From NCBI RefSeq assembly GCF_006345805.1, contig NC_043013.1, positions 29,822,001 to 29,886,000 of the forward strand: DNA of 64,000 nucleotides, read 5' to 3'. Of the stretch, positions 50,116 to 63,876 are shown one piece after another. Under the pieces are notes generated by a model, which was not told the DNA's origin, searched no databases, and saw only the letters and a program-made list of their open reading frames with translations. This DNA is from Octopus sinensis (Eukaryota). Numbering within the stretch: position 1 is the stretch's first letter; every line of letters starts with the position of its first letter. The translations under genes were made by a program, and so were the position numbers.

Positions 50116-51574
50116 TTCTCTTTACTTTGAGATCCAAACTCACTTCTTATAGTGATGCACTTAAGTTTTGCCGACAAAATAAATGACTTTTTTCATAATG
50201 ATTATGGATGATAGTCTAAAGATACAATGTTGTAAAATGTAGCCATGAGGAAAATCCATTCAGAAAGAATCTATGAAATTTACATGTAAGTTTTAGTAAT
50301 TGCTGTTTTATGTATGACATAATATATGTGATTTTGAAGCAATAGAAGGTGTTGCATCCGACGATCTCCGGTTGAAGTTGGGGGAAGACTTGTAGATTGA
50401 TATAACAGAGTTGTAAACACATCGCGCTGAAAAACTTTTGCTCATACAATCTATATCGTCCATAGTAGTGTAATGGAGCTTAAATGTATTTCAGTTATCT
50501 TCAAAGTAGTATTAGAACTCAGCTCTAGAAGCTAACAAAATACTCATTAATTATTCACTTCGTCGCTTTGATCAGTGAGTTCTATCACATTATCATAATA
50601 ACCTATTTGCAGATAAATGGATCGACTCATAAAATTGAAGTGTTTACTACAAGAATACAAAGAATCGTCAACGTTTCGATTAATCAACCACCTCTTATCA
50701 ACCAGGTGCTAATCTCATAAAATTATTTATAGGTTCGCAAATGAAAAAAAAAGAAAAAGAAAGAGCATGTTTTACACGTAAAACAATATATATTTAAAAT
50801 GTAAGGATGGTTTTAACACTTGGTTTTATCTTCATAGCAAACAGAAATATGATTTAATTTGCAGGTAGTAAATATTTAGATATTTATTGCAATTAAAATG
50901 TTGATTAGAGTATATTTAATTTGTCTTACTCATAATAAGATTAAAATATATTCCATTATTTAACTGACATACATTTGAATTTTACAGTTATTCCGAAACG
51001 GTTATTATATTATATTGATAAGAAAAGAGAAACAATTAAACAGCAAAGTAACAGCTAAGATTCATTTTAAAATAATTAACAGTAGGAAATATTGTTATGT
51101 TCAAAGCCCAAATTATTAGTAACAGACTTAAGAAAAACATTAATCATATTAACATTTTGCCTAAGTAAATTATTAATATTTGGAAAATTTTGCAACATAT
51201 TCTTATAACATTGTACCAAAAGAAATATGTGGACGCATATATTAAGTTACAAAAAACAGTTACATAAATGAAACAAGTTTATATTATCAAATAATTTTGT
51301 ATTGCAGCTTCAAACTATAATAGGATTTCAAAACTATTTTTCAAGAGAACGAAGTAAATTTAATCATATTTTCAAATTATTCTTTTTTGACTTAGTTTAC
51401 CTGCGAAACTTTTGCAATTAATTTTTGTCGTTGTTGAAATTTATAATTTATACAAAGATGCACGTATGTTCATATATTACACGCGAACACAGGTACTCAC
51501 ATATAGAGATACTTCACACAAATGCATGTATCCAAATTCATTCAAATGTGTAGTAATATATATTCTTATCTTGT

Positions 51575-51685
51575 ATTTCGTCCGTCGCTACTTGCTGAGT
51601 TCAAATTCCGCCTAGGACGACTTTGCCTTTCATTCTTTCGGGGTTGATAAAATAAGTACCAGTTACGTATTGGGGTCGATGTATT
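51575..51685 (+). mobile_element. SINE family A fragment
   Basis: gagttcaaattccgcc...gactttgcctttcattctttcggggttgataaaataagtaccag. Confidence 0.7.
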
Positions 51686-51721
51686 TGAAACCTTGTGCTT
51701 CCAGTAGAAGGGATATATACA

Positions 51722-51848
51722 TTATTTACATTTGACGAATATTTGTCCTCATCTTGTTTGCTGTAAACACAACGTTTCGGCTGATATACCCTCCAGCCTT
51801 CATCAGGTGTCTTGGGGAAATTTCGAACCTGGGTTCTCATTCCTAAGA

Positions 51849-51850
<2 letters not shown>
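51722..51850 (-). mobile_element. Penelope-type pLTR fragment next to (AAT)n
   Basis: Reverse complement of 44722-44835. Confidence 0.75.
51766..51811 (-). ncRNA. Minimal (dimer-type) type I hammerhead ribozyme motif
   Basis: GACAC-CUGAUGA-AGGCUG(GAGGGUAUAU)CAGCC-GAAACGUU/GUGUU; helix III reduced to palindrome AACGUU. Confidence 0.75.
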
Positions 51851-51913
<63 letters not shown>

Positions 51914-52158
51914 TATGTTTGACTTTTGCTTTATGTCTGTACAAGTTGGCTCCAAGTCTCACCCAGAGACCTCAAGAGACAACAGGTTGGAAGTTCACGT
52001 TGTTGTTATGCCTAGTGTGCCATATATTTGTTTTTTTTTGGTGTTGTACTAGTGAATATCTAATACATAAAAAAAAAAATTTTTTTTTAAGTTTGTTTTA
52101 AACCTTGGGATTACATAGAGAGTATTTTGCGTAGGATATGAGCAGTTCCCATGAGCAC

Positions 52159-52219
<61 letters not shown>

Positions 52220-52221
<2 letters not shown>

Positions 52222-53060
52222 TTAGGTCACTGAGAGTGGTTTTTCGTAAGATTCAACTCTCATTTGCAGCTGGTCAAGAAACCACCATAGGTTTATACTC
52301 CATGGCTTTGTCGACCAAACATATGTGTTTTATATTATCGTTATTGTAAACTTCGTGACATTTGACGAATACATCTATGACTAAAAGGAGTCAGAGCTGT
52401 TATTATCCGCTTCATTTTGTCAAACATCATATCTATGACGACATTAGACAATAAACATATCACTCCTTACTTTCAAAACGCGATATGATGTAATATCAGT
52501 AAAAAAAAATGTTGATGCTATTTCTAGTTAGCCGAGCAGCTATATACAAGCTAAACTAGTAATCTCCACGAACATATTTATTTTATTTTCTAATAATCCA
52601 ATTCACAGATCCGAAATCTTCATTGTAGTTAACAAAGATGAAACTCATTCTCTATTACATTTCCCTAATCTTTAACCAATATGGATTTCAGAATGTCTCC
52701 GTTATCCTGCTTGAAAGGAAATATAAACACTAATAAATTTTCTTATCGTAGGTGTAATTTCGTTGGATTCAATATTATTCTAGACTCACTCACTGCCTTA
52801 TATATGTTAGCCTGCACTCTATCATATTTTAGATATATCATTGAGCAGAGTAGATTCGTTGCTATTTGTATTTTTAGTTTATGTAAGTCCAGTGACATTT
52901 CGATAATCTGTTGGTGGTTTTTCAGATCTCTCAATACTTTCTGTCAACACTGCAATGGCATGCCATTAACAAATGTCACATATTTCACCCAGTGTTTGCT
53001 TAATCTATAAATGCAGGTTTCCAAAAATATTTTTACAAACTTATTCTTAAAAAATATAGA
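52220..53060 (-). mobile_element. Possible very old R4-like LINE remnant
   Basis: Weak SRFES and DNIKHI motifs in the expected order; otherwise unrecognisable. Confidence 0.2.
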
Positions 53061-55409
53061 AGGAAACAGTGTACGAGACGTACTGAAATAATGATTATTA
53101 ATATGTGTGCGTATACATATATACACTCACAAACACACACACACGCACACATACATGTACATACAAATATGCATGTATATATGTATGTGTGTATGTACAG
53201 AGATGAGGGTATGCGTGAATGTATGCCTTACTGGAAGCTGAACGTTCGTAACGATATTTATACCGACGTGGAATGGATTAAATCAGATTGTTTCCACTCA
53301 TCTTGTTCTCCTCGAAGGAGACTTGAACGAAGTATTCTTCCTACAGAAAACACTCATGGCTTGAGCCTCATTATATCTGAGGTTAAATATGTCCCTACAG
53401 GTAGGGACGATTAGGAAACTTTCTTACTTATACCTTCGACTAGGTTTCTAACTTATAATTGGTAAGTATCTGAAATTAATAAACATAACGTTTTCCTGTT
53501 TAACATTCCATAGGAACAGTACTTAACCAGCTTAAGAACTAATGTAGTATCTAGGGAATTATCTACTGTTATACTGATGGAGATATGTTTATTTAAGCTG
53601 AACTCTTTGAATATGAATATCAGATCATGAATGAGTTCTTCCATGTTTCAACCATTCGCATTGTGCGAAACTATGAAACCAGCACTTCTGTACTAACTTG
53701 AGATGTGAATGTAGGTTTCATTCCTTAGTATATTTAAGGACAAACACTTCAACAAGCTCAGATACCTCAGTCACATGAAACCGTCTTATGGAGGCTTCTA
53801 ACAGTGTGTTTTCCTCATCTTTCACCCGGTAGAAATAGTTTAAATATAACAATGTTCATTGCTATTTTAATAAAGAAGTCGCATATAGAATTATAGTTAT
53901 TTCCTGACGTCCGGAACTTTCAGAAATGGTTTCAATATGGAGGGTTAAAAATTTAGATGTACAGATTAGGTTTATTTGGAGTGGGCTTGTTTTTTAACAC
54001 CGTACAGCTTGGCAACAGCAAAAATCTACTTCCGTTGGTCTGAACTCATGGCATTTCTATTTCTCAAGTTCAGAATGCACTTCCTAACTGCGATAAATTT
54101 ACACTTACTGGTTTCCATTTGCAGTTGTAGAGGAAATTGTGCAAGAAGTTCTTAAAGTTAATGTGGACGGGATATATTTATGATGAAGCGATCAGTGTGG
54201 TATTCCATTTCTAACAATTCCTATGCAGTGGCTTTAATATGCAGGATTTGTTTTCTTGTCAATTGTTGTGATGTTATTCCTTCAAATCCGAATGGGCGTC
54301 GTGAATTCGAGTTTGTATATATTCGTTCTTTTCTCCGCAAAAATATGTTTTTTTAGGAATTATTTTTAGAATGTGATGTAATTGCTCAAACTTCCCTGGA
54401 ACATATTACTATAATCTTGAGCTCCTAACGTTTCACTATATTAATGATTTTATAATGTTACTGACATCGGATTCGAAATTCGAAACGGACAAGGGTTTAA
54501 TCGAGGTGCTGTGGTACTTCCGAGATTTGAATACGTATTTAACCTCAGGTGTTCCGGGAGTCTCGAAAAGATAGGCATTCTACTTATGCTTTCTAATTTA
54601 CGCTTTATGCTTCCTTGATCAAGCCTGTTCTAAATAACTTCGTAGATGTTACATATATGGTTTCAAAGGAATATAAAGGGTGGGGGTGGGGGAACCTTTT
54701 CCACCATTAACTAATTTAATTTTTCTCGGTCTATAGAGAAGATCCAACCAACTCTGCAACATAAATTGTGCGTACAAAAACAGCGTTCAATAACAAAATA
54801 TATATTCTAATTTAGACAGTTAATGACCCACAGTAATTACTCACATGTCCATGCATACGAATACATGAACTTAATCGGTCAGGTATTTATGGATAATGAA
54901 AATTCGGTTGCGTTCCAGTTGAAAGGAGATTCCTTAATGGTCACTGATAGGCTTGTCTTCCATTGGATGTACTGGGCCACCGTCACGTAAATAACGTTAT
55001 AGATTAAGAAAGTCTTTTTGTATGTGTGTATGTGTGTGTGCGTGTGTGTATGTGTGTGTGCGTGTGTGTATGTGTGTGTGTATGTGTGTATGTGTGTGTT
55101 GGTGTAATATGGATGATGTCCATTTAGGTGCACCATACTGTAAAATATAGATTTCAACCAAGAAATAGCTCCGTTATAGACGATTTGAAGTTAAACGATA
55201 CCGAAACAAGAATAACTATAAAATATGATTGAATTCTCCGACCACTTAGGAATTCTATTAAACGTTACTGGAGTAGCTGTATTTAATTTAAAATTCTGTT
55301 TAATTCCTAAATTCGACATACAAGTACGTCTTTAGTTTTAACAAATATTTTATACACACACACACCACAAACACACGCACTTATACACACACATACATAC
55401 ATATACATG

Positions 55410-55545
<136 letters not shown>

Positions 55546-56137
55546 ATTCCCAGAAAACTAAGAGGAGTCACTGGCATATTTTCATTTTAACTTTATTTAC
55601 AATGCAATATGACAATTCCATAATCCTTTGATGGTTCTTCAGTTCACTCAATACTGTATGTCGATATTACAATGTAATGCATTTCGCAAATGTCATGCAC
55701 ATCACCCTAGATTATATAATCTCTTAATGAAGGTTTCCGACACGTTTTTCCCTTTATGCTATAAACCCAAAAATCATAGACGTCAAGGAAAGGATGTAAT
55801 ATATATATATATATATATGTATATATATGTAAATAGACTGATGGCTTCACTAGGTATCATAAAATGCAGAAGGCCATAACTCAGGCGGTGATGCAACGGT
55901 ACATAAGTGGTACATCTGTGAACGTGCTCACCAGGCTGAAGAATAACCTGCATGCACATGGCCATGCAAGATTTAATGAAAATAAGGCCATCTTTTGGCA
56001 AAGGGGATAAAGCAGCATGCATATATATATATACATATATATGAGTGAATAACATTAACAACAACAATAACAATAATATTCTCATGATTATTTAAAAAAA
56101 AATTTATGGGACAATATTGTTTGCTTTTTAATACACT

Positions 56138-56267
56138 TTTACTTGTTTCAGTCATTTGACTGCGTTCATGCTGGAGCACTGCCTTTAGTCGAGCAAATCG
56201 ACCCCAGGATTTATTGTTTGTAAGTCTTGTATTTATTCTATCGGTTCCTTGTTGCCGAACCGTTAAG
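56138..56267 (-). mobile_element. SINE family B, 3' fragment
   Basis: acttgtttcagtcatttgactgcg...gccgaaccgttaag. Confidence 0.8.
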
Positions 56268-56719
56268 ATGATGTGCAATAGAATGACAAGATATATTATG
56301 AAATGAACCGACCGTATGTTTGCTTAACATATAAAAAATAGCAGTCTAATTTCCCTTACAAAAAGAACGGATACACCGGGAAAAAGAGGATGGTATAGTG
56401 CTGGTTAGAAAATCTTTCATCATAGGTATGCTCAATCAAAGCCGAGGTAGAAGGAAATAACGAAATCCTCAACTCAAGGGAAAGCCTTTATATGGGAGTT
56501 CAAGCTACTAGGAATAGCATATCACTTAAGTCACGCCTAATACTTAAAAATGAAAAACAGTATATCTGAAAAAGTGAGGACGAGACGTTGCCGACTAGAA
56601 CGATTTTGACCAAAAGTATGCTCAATCAACACCGACCTCAGGCTAAACAAAACAAAGCTCCTTGAAGTATTGAGCTGGAATAATTTCACGCTGATTTCTT
56701 CAAGTAGATATAGAATCTA

Positions 56720-57991
56720 CGAGGGGCGTTCAATAAGTAATTCCCCTGACCCACTTCCCATAGCAGTAGAGCAAGGAAACTTGGCACAGTTATTAGTCTT
56801 TTTCTACACTCAGAGTTACACATTTCCCCCATCGTTTGATGCAACTCTGGAGACCGTTTTTGTAGAAGACCCCCAGCTTGGTCCTCCGACCATGACGTGA
56901 CTTCAGAAATCAAGGCTGCATCATCTGGGAAATGCTTTCCTTTCAAAAACAACTTCATGGCTGGGAAGAGGTGAAAATCAGAGGGTGCAAGGTCAGGAGA
57001 GTAGGGGCATGAGGGAGGAGTTCATAGCCGCACGCCTGTGCTTCTGATCTGGCGACACGCGAGTTGTAGACCGGAGCGTTGTCTTGCAGGAGGAGGATGC
57101 CTTTGCTGATCTTGCCCCGCTTCTTGATTTTGATAGCTTCTCTTAATTTCCTCAAAAGTGAAGCATAATAGGCTCCTGTAATTGTGGTACCCTTTGCCAG
57201 GAAATCTGTCATCATTACTCCGTCCTGGTCCCAGAAGACTGTGAGCATGACCTTGCCAGCGGAGGGCTGCACCCTTGGCTTCTTTGGAGGAGGTGAGTCA
57301 CGGTGCTTCCACTGCATTGACTGGGCTTTGGTCTCTGGATCATAGTGATGGACCCAGGTTTCATCCTGTGTAATCAGTCTTTTGAAAAAATTTGACTCAT
57401 CTTCTTGGCACATCTCCAAATTCATCCTCGAGCACTCGACGCGTTCTTGCTTCTGGAACCTGGGAATCCATCTGGCAGACACCTTTTGCATATGCAAATG
57501 ATCATGAATGATAGTTTCCACAGACCCGGTACTAAACTTGACCTCATGAGCTATTTGGCGAATAGTTATGCGTCGATCTTCCAAAATGGCAGCCTCAACT
57601 TGACGGACAGATGCCTCATCAATGGTAGAAGGGGGGCGACCAGATTTGGGAGCTGTTTCCACAGAGTTCCAACCATGTTTGAATTCACGAGGCCAGCGTT
57701 ATACAAGGTCATATGATGGGGCATCATCACTATAAGTTACTTTCATTTCATCAAAAGTCTCCCGTGGTGTGCGTCCTTTCAAATACAAAAACCGGATCAC
57801 TGCTCGACACTCAACAGGCTCCATTTCACACTTGACTCAGTTCAAACACCTGTATATCAGAAACCACAATTAGTTCAGAGCTGTAATTTGCCACCTAATC
57901 TATAGAGATATAAATAATTGCACATGTAAATTTTCAGCTAGATCAAACAACTGCAAGTGGGTCAGAGGCATTACTTATTGAACGCCCCTCG
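56720..57991 (-). mobile_element. Full-length mariner (irritans-like), 1272 bp, TA target duplication
   Basis: TA|CGAGGGGCGTTCAATAAGTAAT ... ATTACTTATTGAACGCCCCTCG|TA; 22-bp perfect TIR, extending imperfectly. Confidence 0.95.
56793..57824 (-). pseudogene. Mariner DD34D transposase pseudogene
   Basis: MEPVECRAVIRFLY start, one premature TAA, SARWIPR, ITQDETW, LQDNAP, DLAPSDFHLF; frameshifts near 56995 and in the 3' part. Confidence 0.92.
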
Positions 57992-58503
57992 TAAGACTAA
58001 AAATGCGTATGATGTGTTCAGATATTTTTTGATGATTTTTGGACATAAATAACAAGAATCGAAACAAGTCCACACGTATGCTTATCTACAACATTAGCTC
58101 CTTTCCAAGATCTAATAATATATGTTGAGTTCAGCACAACTTGAAAAAATTTGAAGCTAATTAGAAAAAGTCAGTGTTGGTTAGTACCGTTCTGTTTCTT
58201 TGGGTAGCATGCTACATGTCTAACAATTCGACAAGCCATACCTAACAAGTCGTTCCTATTGCGTTCACACCCGTCTGTGCGCGCGCGCATGTGCGTATGC
58301 GTGCGCGCGTGTTTGTGTATCTATATGTATGAGTCTGTGGCCAACATATTCAATCATCGATCAGTTAATTAGCTGTCCATTTTGAGTGAAATATATAAGT
58401 GCCGTAGATTGATAGGGTAGGGTGGCACAAAATTAGTTACCTGGGTAAAATGAGTAATTTCTGACTTTTTCCCCACCTGTTTGCACTCGTTATATTGCAA
58501 GTA

Positions 58504-59791
58504 TTAGGTCGTCAAGTATGAAATTTGTAGTAAGGTATACGGTAAACTTTGACAGCTGTTCATTTTGCGCCATTATTATTTTTTTACAATCTTTATTTTT
58601 TGCTAGAAGGCTGACATCTTTGTCTTTATTCGAACTCATTTTTGCGCTTTATAAAGTATTTATAAATCACTTTTTGCTATTTTTATTTAGAGATGGATAA
58701 CTCGGAAATACGTACAGTTTTGAAATATGAGTTCTTTCTTGGAAATAAAGCATCACAAACAGCTTGGAATATTGATAGAGTATTTCATTCTAATGTTATT
58801 ACCCAGCAGACAGTATCAAATTGGTTTTCAATATTTAATTCTGGTAATTTTGACCTCACAAATGAGCAACGCGGTCGACCAGAAACAAAGGTACATAATG
58901 ACGAACTGAAGCCACCGTCGAGTCATATCCATCTCAAAGTGCCTGTGAATTATCGTTGTTGTTTGGAGTTAAAAAGCAAACAATATTGTCTCACCTAGTT
59001 CAAATCGGTAAAGTGCAAAGTAGGATAAGTGGGTTCCATATGAACTCAATGAAAATAAGAAACAGCAACATTTGGAAACCTGCATTATGCTACTTTCTCG
59101 CCACAAAAATGAATCATTTCTGAATCGAGTTGTAACATGTGATGAGAAATGGATCCAATACAACAACCGTAAATGGTCAGCGCAATCGTTGGACAAAGAC
59201 GAGCCACCCAAACAAAATCCACAACGCAAAATTCATCAAAAGAAGCTGATGGTGTGTGCTTGGTGGTCTGGCGCAGGTGTGATCCATTATAATTTCATTA
59301 AACCTGGCTCATCAATCACGGCTAAAGTATACTGCAGCCTACTGGATCAAATGATGCAGAAACTTACCAAAAAAAAAACAGCCTAGATTATTCAGCAGCT
59401 CCACTCCTATTTTATTGCAAGACAACGCCAGACCACACATCGCCAAAATGACATTGGTGAAACTACAGCAGTTGGAGTTGGAAGTTTTCTATCATCCACC
59501 ATACTCACCTGATCTTATCCCCACTGACTACCACTTCTTCCAGAATTTGGATAACTTTTTCATACGAAAATATTTTATTCCAACTATGCTGGAAACAGGC
59601 CTTCCAAGATGTTATTGACTCTAGATTGCCAGGCTTTTATAGTTTTCAGACTGGACAAGCTACCGTTGAAATGACAAAAGTGTATTGACAATATGGGTGC
59701 ATACTTTGATGAATAAAAATATTCCTTGTATTTATAAAACATTAGCAAACCTTTTTTTTCTTTTCTACAAATTTCAAACTTGACGACCTAA
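58504..59791 (+). mobile_element. Full-length mariner, 1288 bp, 27-bp TIRs, TA target duplication
   Basis: TA|TTAGGTCGTCAAGTATGAAATTTGTAG ... CTACAAATTTCAAACTTGACGACCTAA|TA; one mismatch. Confidence 0.95.
58693..59716 (+). pseudogene. Mariner DD34D transposase pseudogene
   Basis: MDNSEIRTVLKYEF, GRPET, KWVPYEL, VTCDEKW, LQDNARPH, HPPYSPDLIPTDYHFF, GAYFDE*; several frameshifts. Confidence 0.92.
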
Positions 59792-59797
59792 TATTAA

Positions 59798-60010
59798 GGC
59801 GGCGAGCTGGCAGAATTGTTAGCACGCCGGGCGAAATGCTTAGCTGTATTTCGTCTGTCTTTATGTTCTGAGTTCAAATTTCGTCGAGATCAACTTTGCC
59901 TTTCATCCTTTCGGGCTCGATATATAAAGTACCAGTGGAGTACTGGGGTCGATCTAATCGAGCAGCACTCTCCCCCAAATTTCGGGCCTTGTGCCTATAG
60001 TAGAAAATAT
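59798..60010 (+). mobile_element. SINE family A
   Basis: ggcggcgagctggcag head, gagttcaaat B-box. Confidence 0.88.
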
Positions 60011-60245
60011 TATATTGCAAGTATTGATTTTGTACTGTTCCAACATCTGTAGAAGTAAGAATTGGTCACTATAAATGTAGTCGAAGTTGAGAGCTTAGAA
60101 CATAGTCAGGTGACAGGTAATTTTTTCAATAAAGATTTCCTTGATTTTAATCAATATTCTTTTCTCTGTTGGATTCCAAGTCAATTTTTCCCGCACTAAT
60201 TTGATAATTTTTTTAAAAATGTTGACAAAAATTGGGTAGAATGAG

Positions 60246-60607
60246 TACTTGTTTCAGTCATTTGACTGCGTTCATGCTGGATCACTGCCTTTAGTCGAGC
60301 AAATCGACCCCAGGATTTATTGTTTGTAAGTCTAGTATTTATTCTATCGGTTCCTTGTTGCCGAACCGTTAAGTTACGGGGACGTAAACACACCAACATC
60401 GGTTGATTAGCGATGGTGGGGGACAAACACACACAAACACATACATACGACGGGCTTCTTTCAGTTTCCGTTTACCAAATCCACTCACAGGGCTTTGGTC
60501 GGCCCTAGATTATAGTAGAAGATGCCCAATGTACCACACAGTGGAACAGAACCCGGGACCATGTGGTTGGGAAGCAAACTTCTTACCAAACAGCCACACC
60601 TGCGCCT
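60246..60607 (-). mobile_element. SINE family B, near full-length
   Basis: Reverse complement of 11027-11420. Confidence 0.88.
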
Positions 60608-61994
60608 ATGATAACTAATTTCAATAATTTCTCTTTACCTGCATGGTGTGTAAATATATCACGAGGAGGACACTCCACCAGATCGTGAAGAAGCCACAGA
60701 GAATATTTTATGTTGAGTCTTTTTGATTAAGTCGAGTTTCGTTAATTTCATATCATGTGACATTTTCCCATGGAACTCTTTTATTTGACGTAGATATTTA
60801 AAATTTTTCTTTCATTCCTCATGTTTCTGATGTCTAAGGTTGGATATTAATGTGTATATGTCTGTGTTCAAATGTATTTCTGGAGAATGGTAGAAACGAA
60901 TTAACCTTATCTTGGGCTTATTCATTTTAGCCCGGCTAAATTTGACTTTACATGTGCTGAAAGGGAACGGAGACAATCTTCTGAAATTGTTTTCAGATTA
61001 TGTTATGGTGTTTTCATTGCATTTAGAGAAGGTCATTTCCGTTGCTAATAGTTTTCGTAAGGTCATGAACATATGTATAAAAATATTTTTTTCTCTAAGT
61101 CAAAAATTCTGTAAAAACACCTTCTTGCGCCCCGCTCCACCTACAACTCAGAATTAGCCATGAACTGTAGACATCCTGTAGAAAGGTAGCATAGACGTCT
61201 AATATGTTAAGTTTAGAGTATCGTCGCTGCCTATAGAAGTAGTTTTCTGCGCAACCCACAGTATTTCAAATCCGCCAGCCTAGATGTAAATGAGAATTCA
61301 GTGCTTTGATCGCAAACACAAGGTTGTACCGTTGACAGGATATTGATATGTGGTCATCAGTTAGTTTCATTTGCTTTATACACGCTGTTATCTGTGGTCG
61401 CACTGCTCATACATTAAATGTAGTATATAGTGTATTTTATTAAGAATAATGAAAAATTTATAAGGATAATATAGCTCGAATAATTTCATACCGATATATT
61501 ACTAGTATTATATGCGATAAATCTAAGAATGATAAGCTGACAAGTCGAGTGAGAACGGAGTGGGACGCTTGTTAAATGATGTATTCGAACAAATGCTGTC
61601 ACTCTAATTTCTGATTATTTTCATTGCTCTCCGGTTGAAATTTTAAAAAAAGATACGTTGTTTTCAAAAGTAGTAGTAATAATTAACCTGAATTAAAAGT
61701 TCAACAATGTCGACGATCATAGATTAATTAACAAAGCTTTTAAAAGACACAGAAGATTAGGAAAATAAGAGATTTTTCGCAATTCATTGTTTACGTATGT
61801 TTATTTTACGCCTGCTAAGGGAATGCTAAAATGAAGTGCTTTTTCTCTAGAATGTTTTGTTCCCTTTGAAGAGGAAATCAATAACTCAATTCCGTATCTG
61901 AAATTTTACAGACTCATCAGTCTGAAAGCAAAGAGATACATTTTTCTATCAGATTCTGAACAAAACAATTAACCAAGATTTCCTACGGGAAGAC

Positions 61995-62039
61995 ACAAAC
62001 ACACACACACACACACACAAACGCACACACACACACACA

Positions 62040-62131
<92 letters not shown>

Positions 62132-62150
62132 GAACAGACTCACACTCACA
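61995..62150. repeat. (CA)n microsatellite
   Basis: Direct reading. Confidence 0.95.
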
Positions 62151-62460
62151 CAAACACAGTGTATGTATTTCATTTATCATTTAGTTCTCGTCTAATCAAA
62201 TTTTTTCTTTTCAATTGTTCGAACCTTGATTATTTTAAAGATGTTTGTCTTTATCTATCATACAGACTTACGGTCCTGTGAACATTCGATCAAAGAACTG
62301 CAAGTCATTGTAAATAGATGGCTATTTTTGGCAGGAAAAAGAAAACGAGTCTGATGGCAACGAACTATTTTCTCATTTTTAAATTATAGCTGGTACGTGT
62401 AGAGAGACAAAATAATGGTAAAGACAAGTAATAGAAGCCATAATTAGTAGTGTATCCCAG

Positions 62461-62477
62461 TAATAATAATAATAATG

Positions 62478-62516
<39 letters not shown>

Positions 62517-62519
62517 TTA

Positions 62520-62561
<42 letters not shown>

Positions 62562-62621
62562 TTAGTAATAATAATAATAATAATAATATTAGTAATAATA
62601 ATAATAATAATAATAATATTA

Positions 62622-62666
<45 letters not shown>

Positions 62667-62669
62667 TTA

Positions 62670-62714
<45 letters not shown>

Positions 62715-62717
62715 TTA

Positions 62718-62770
<53 letters not shown>
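62461..62770. repeat. (AAT)n array with six in-register attagt interruptions
   Basis: attagt at 62516, 62561, 62588, 62618, 62666, 62714. Confidence 0.9.
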
Positions 62771-62771
<1 letters not shown>

Positions 62772-63812
62772 GTTAGCTGAAGTAGATATAGACTTCTATG
62801 TAGGTAATAGTGAAGAAAGTTTATTAAAAGCTGCTAGAGTCATAGAGAAACCAAAATACCAAATGAACTTAAAAGACCAGAAGGAAGTAAAGAAATCTGA
62901 CTGGCAGGAGAGGGGGTTGCATGGTAGACTCCCAAAGATAGTTGCAGCAAATTAAAAGCTTGGTTAATTAATTTATGATGGTCAGCATTGTTGAATTTTT
63001 AATTCAGGTTAATTATTACAACTACTTTAGTGAGACATGGTAATGGTTGCAGACAGCAAAGCTGAAAAAGGAGACAGAAAGTTTGTTAGTAGCTGCACAA
63101 GATCAAGCATTAAGGACTAATTGGATAAAAGCCAAGATAGCCAAAAACAAGTAGATTCCCAATCTGGGTTATGCAAATCAAAAGAGGAAACCATTACTCA
63201 TACAGTAAGTGAATGTAGCTTACTGGCACAGAAAGAATACAAGAAAAGACATGACAATCTAGGGAGAGCAATATCTACAGGGAGCTATGTAGAAAGCTAG
63301 GATTTGAACATACAAATAAACGGTATGAACATAAAACTAGTAAAGTACTATAAAGTAAGAAATACCAGAGGCTGTGGGACTTTAACATTCAGATTTACAG
63401 AGTAATAGAAAGTAGAAGGCCTGATTTAGTAGTAGTAGATAAAGAGAATAGAAAATGCCAGATAAATTGACCTTCTGGACTCCAAATGATTAAAATATCA
63501 ATATGAGAGGTATAGAAAAAATAGCAACGTACCAGGACCTAGCCATTGTATTACAGAGACTATGGAAAGTGCGGGTAAAATGTAACCCAGTAGTTATAGG
63601 TGCATTAGCAATTATCCCTAACGATTTGAACAAATGAATAAAAGAAATAGGCATAAACCCACTTTAGTACAGGTGCAGAAAACAGTGTTATTAGGGACAG
63701 CCAGGATACTTGGGAGGGTTCTTAGCATCTGAGGTTACTTGTTGTAGCCCGATGTTAAAGATTTTTCTTTTCCATCAGTCTAGTCTGTTGTGTGTGTATG
63801 AATAAAATTATA
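62771..63812 (+). mobile_element. 5'-truncated R4/Dong-like non-LTR retrotransposon (CCHC + restriction-like endonuclease end), between trinucleotide arrays
   Basis: ESLLVAAQDQALRTNWIKAKI, CKSKEETITHTVSECSLLAQKEYKKRHDNLGRAI, RRPDLVVVDKENRKCQI, QKTVLLGTARIL; stop at 63730-63732. Confidence 0.9.
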
Positions 63813-63876
63813 ATAATAGTAGTAGTAGTAGTAGTAGTAGCAACAGTAGTAGTAATAGTAGTAGTAGTAGTAGTAG

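Noticed and set aside
62461-62770. CRISPR-like periodic array or Asn-rich protein
   Set aside because: Spacers are pure (AAT)n, no unique spacers or cas genes, eukaryotic context
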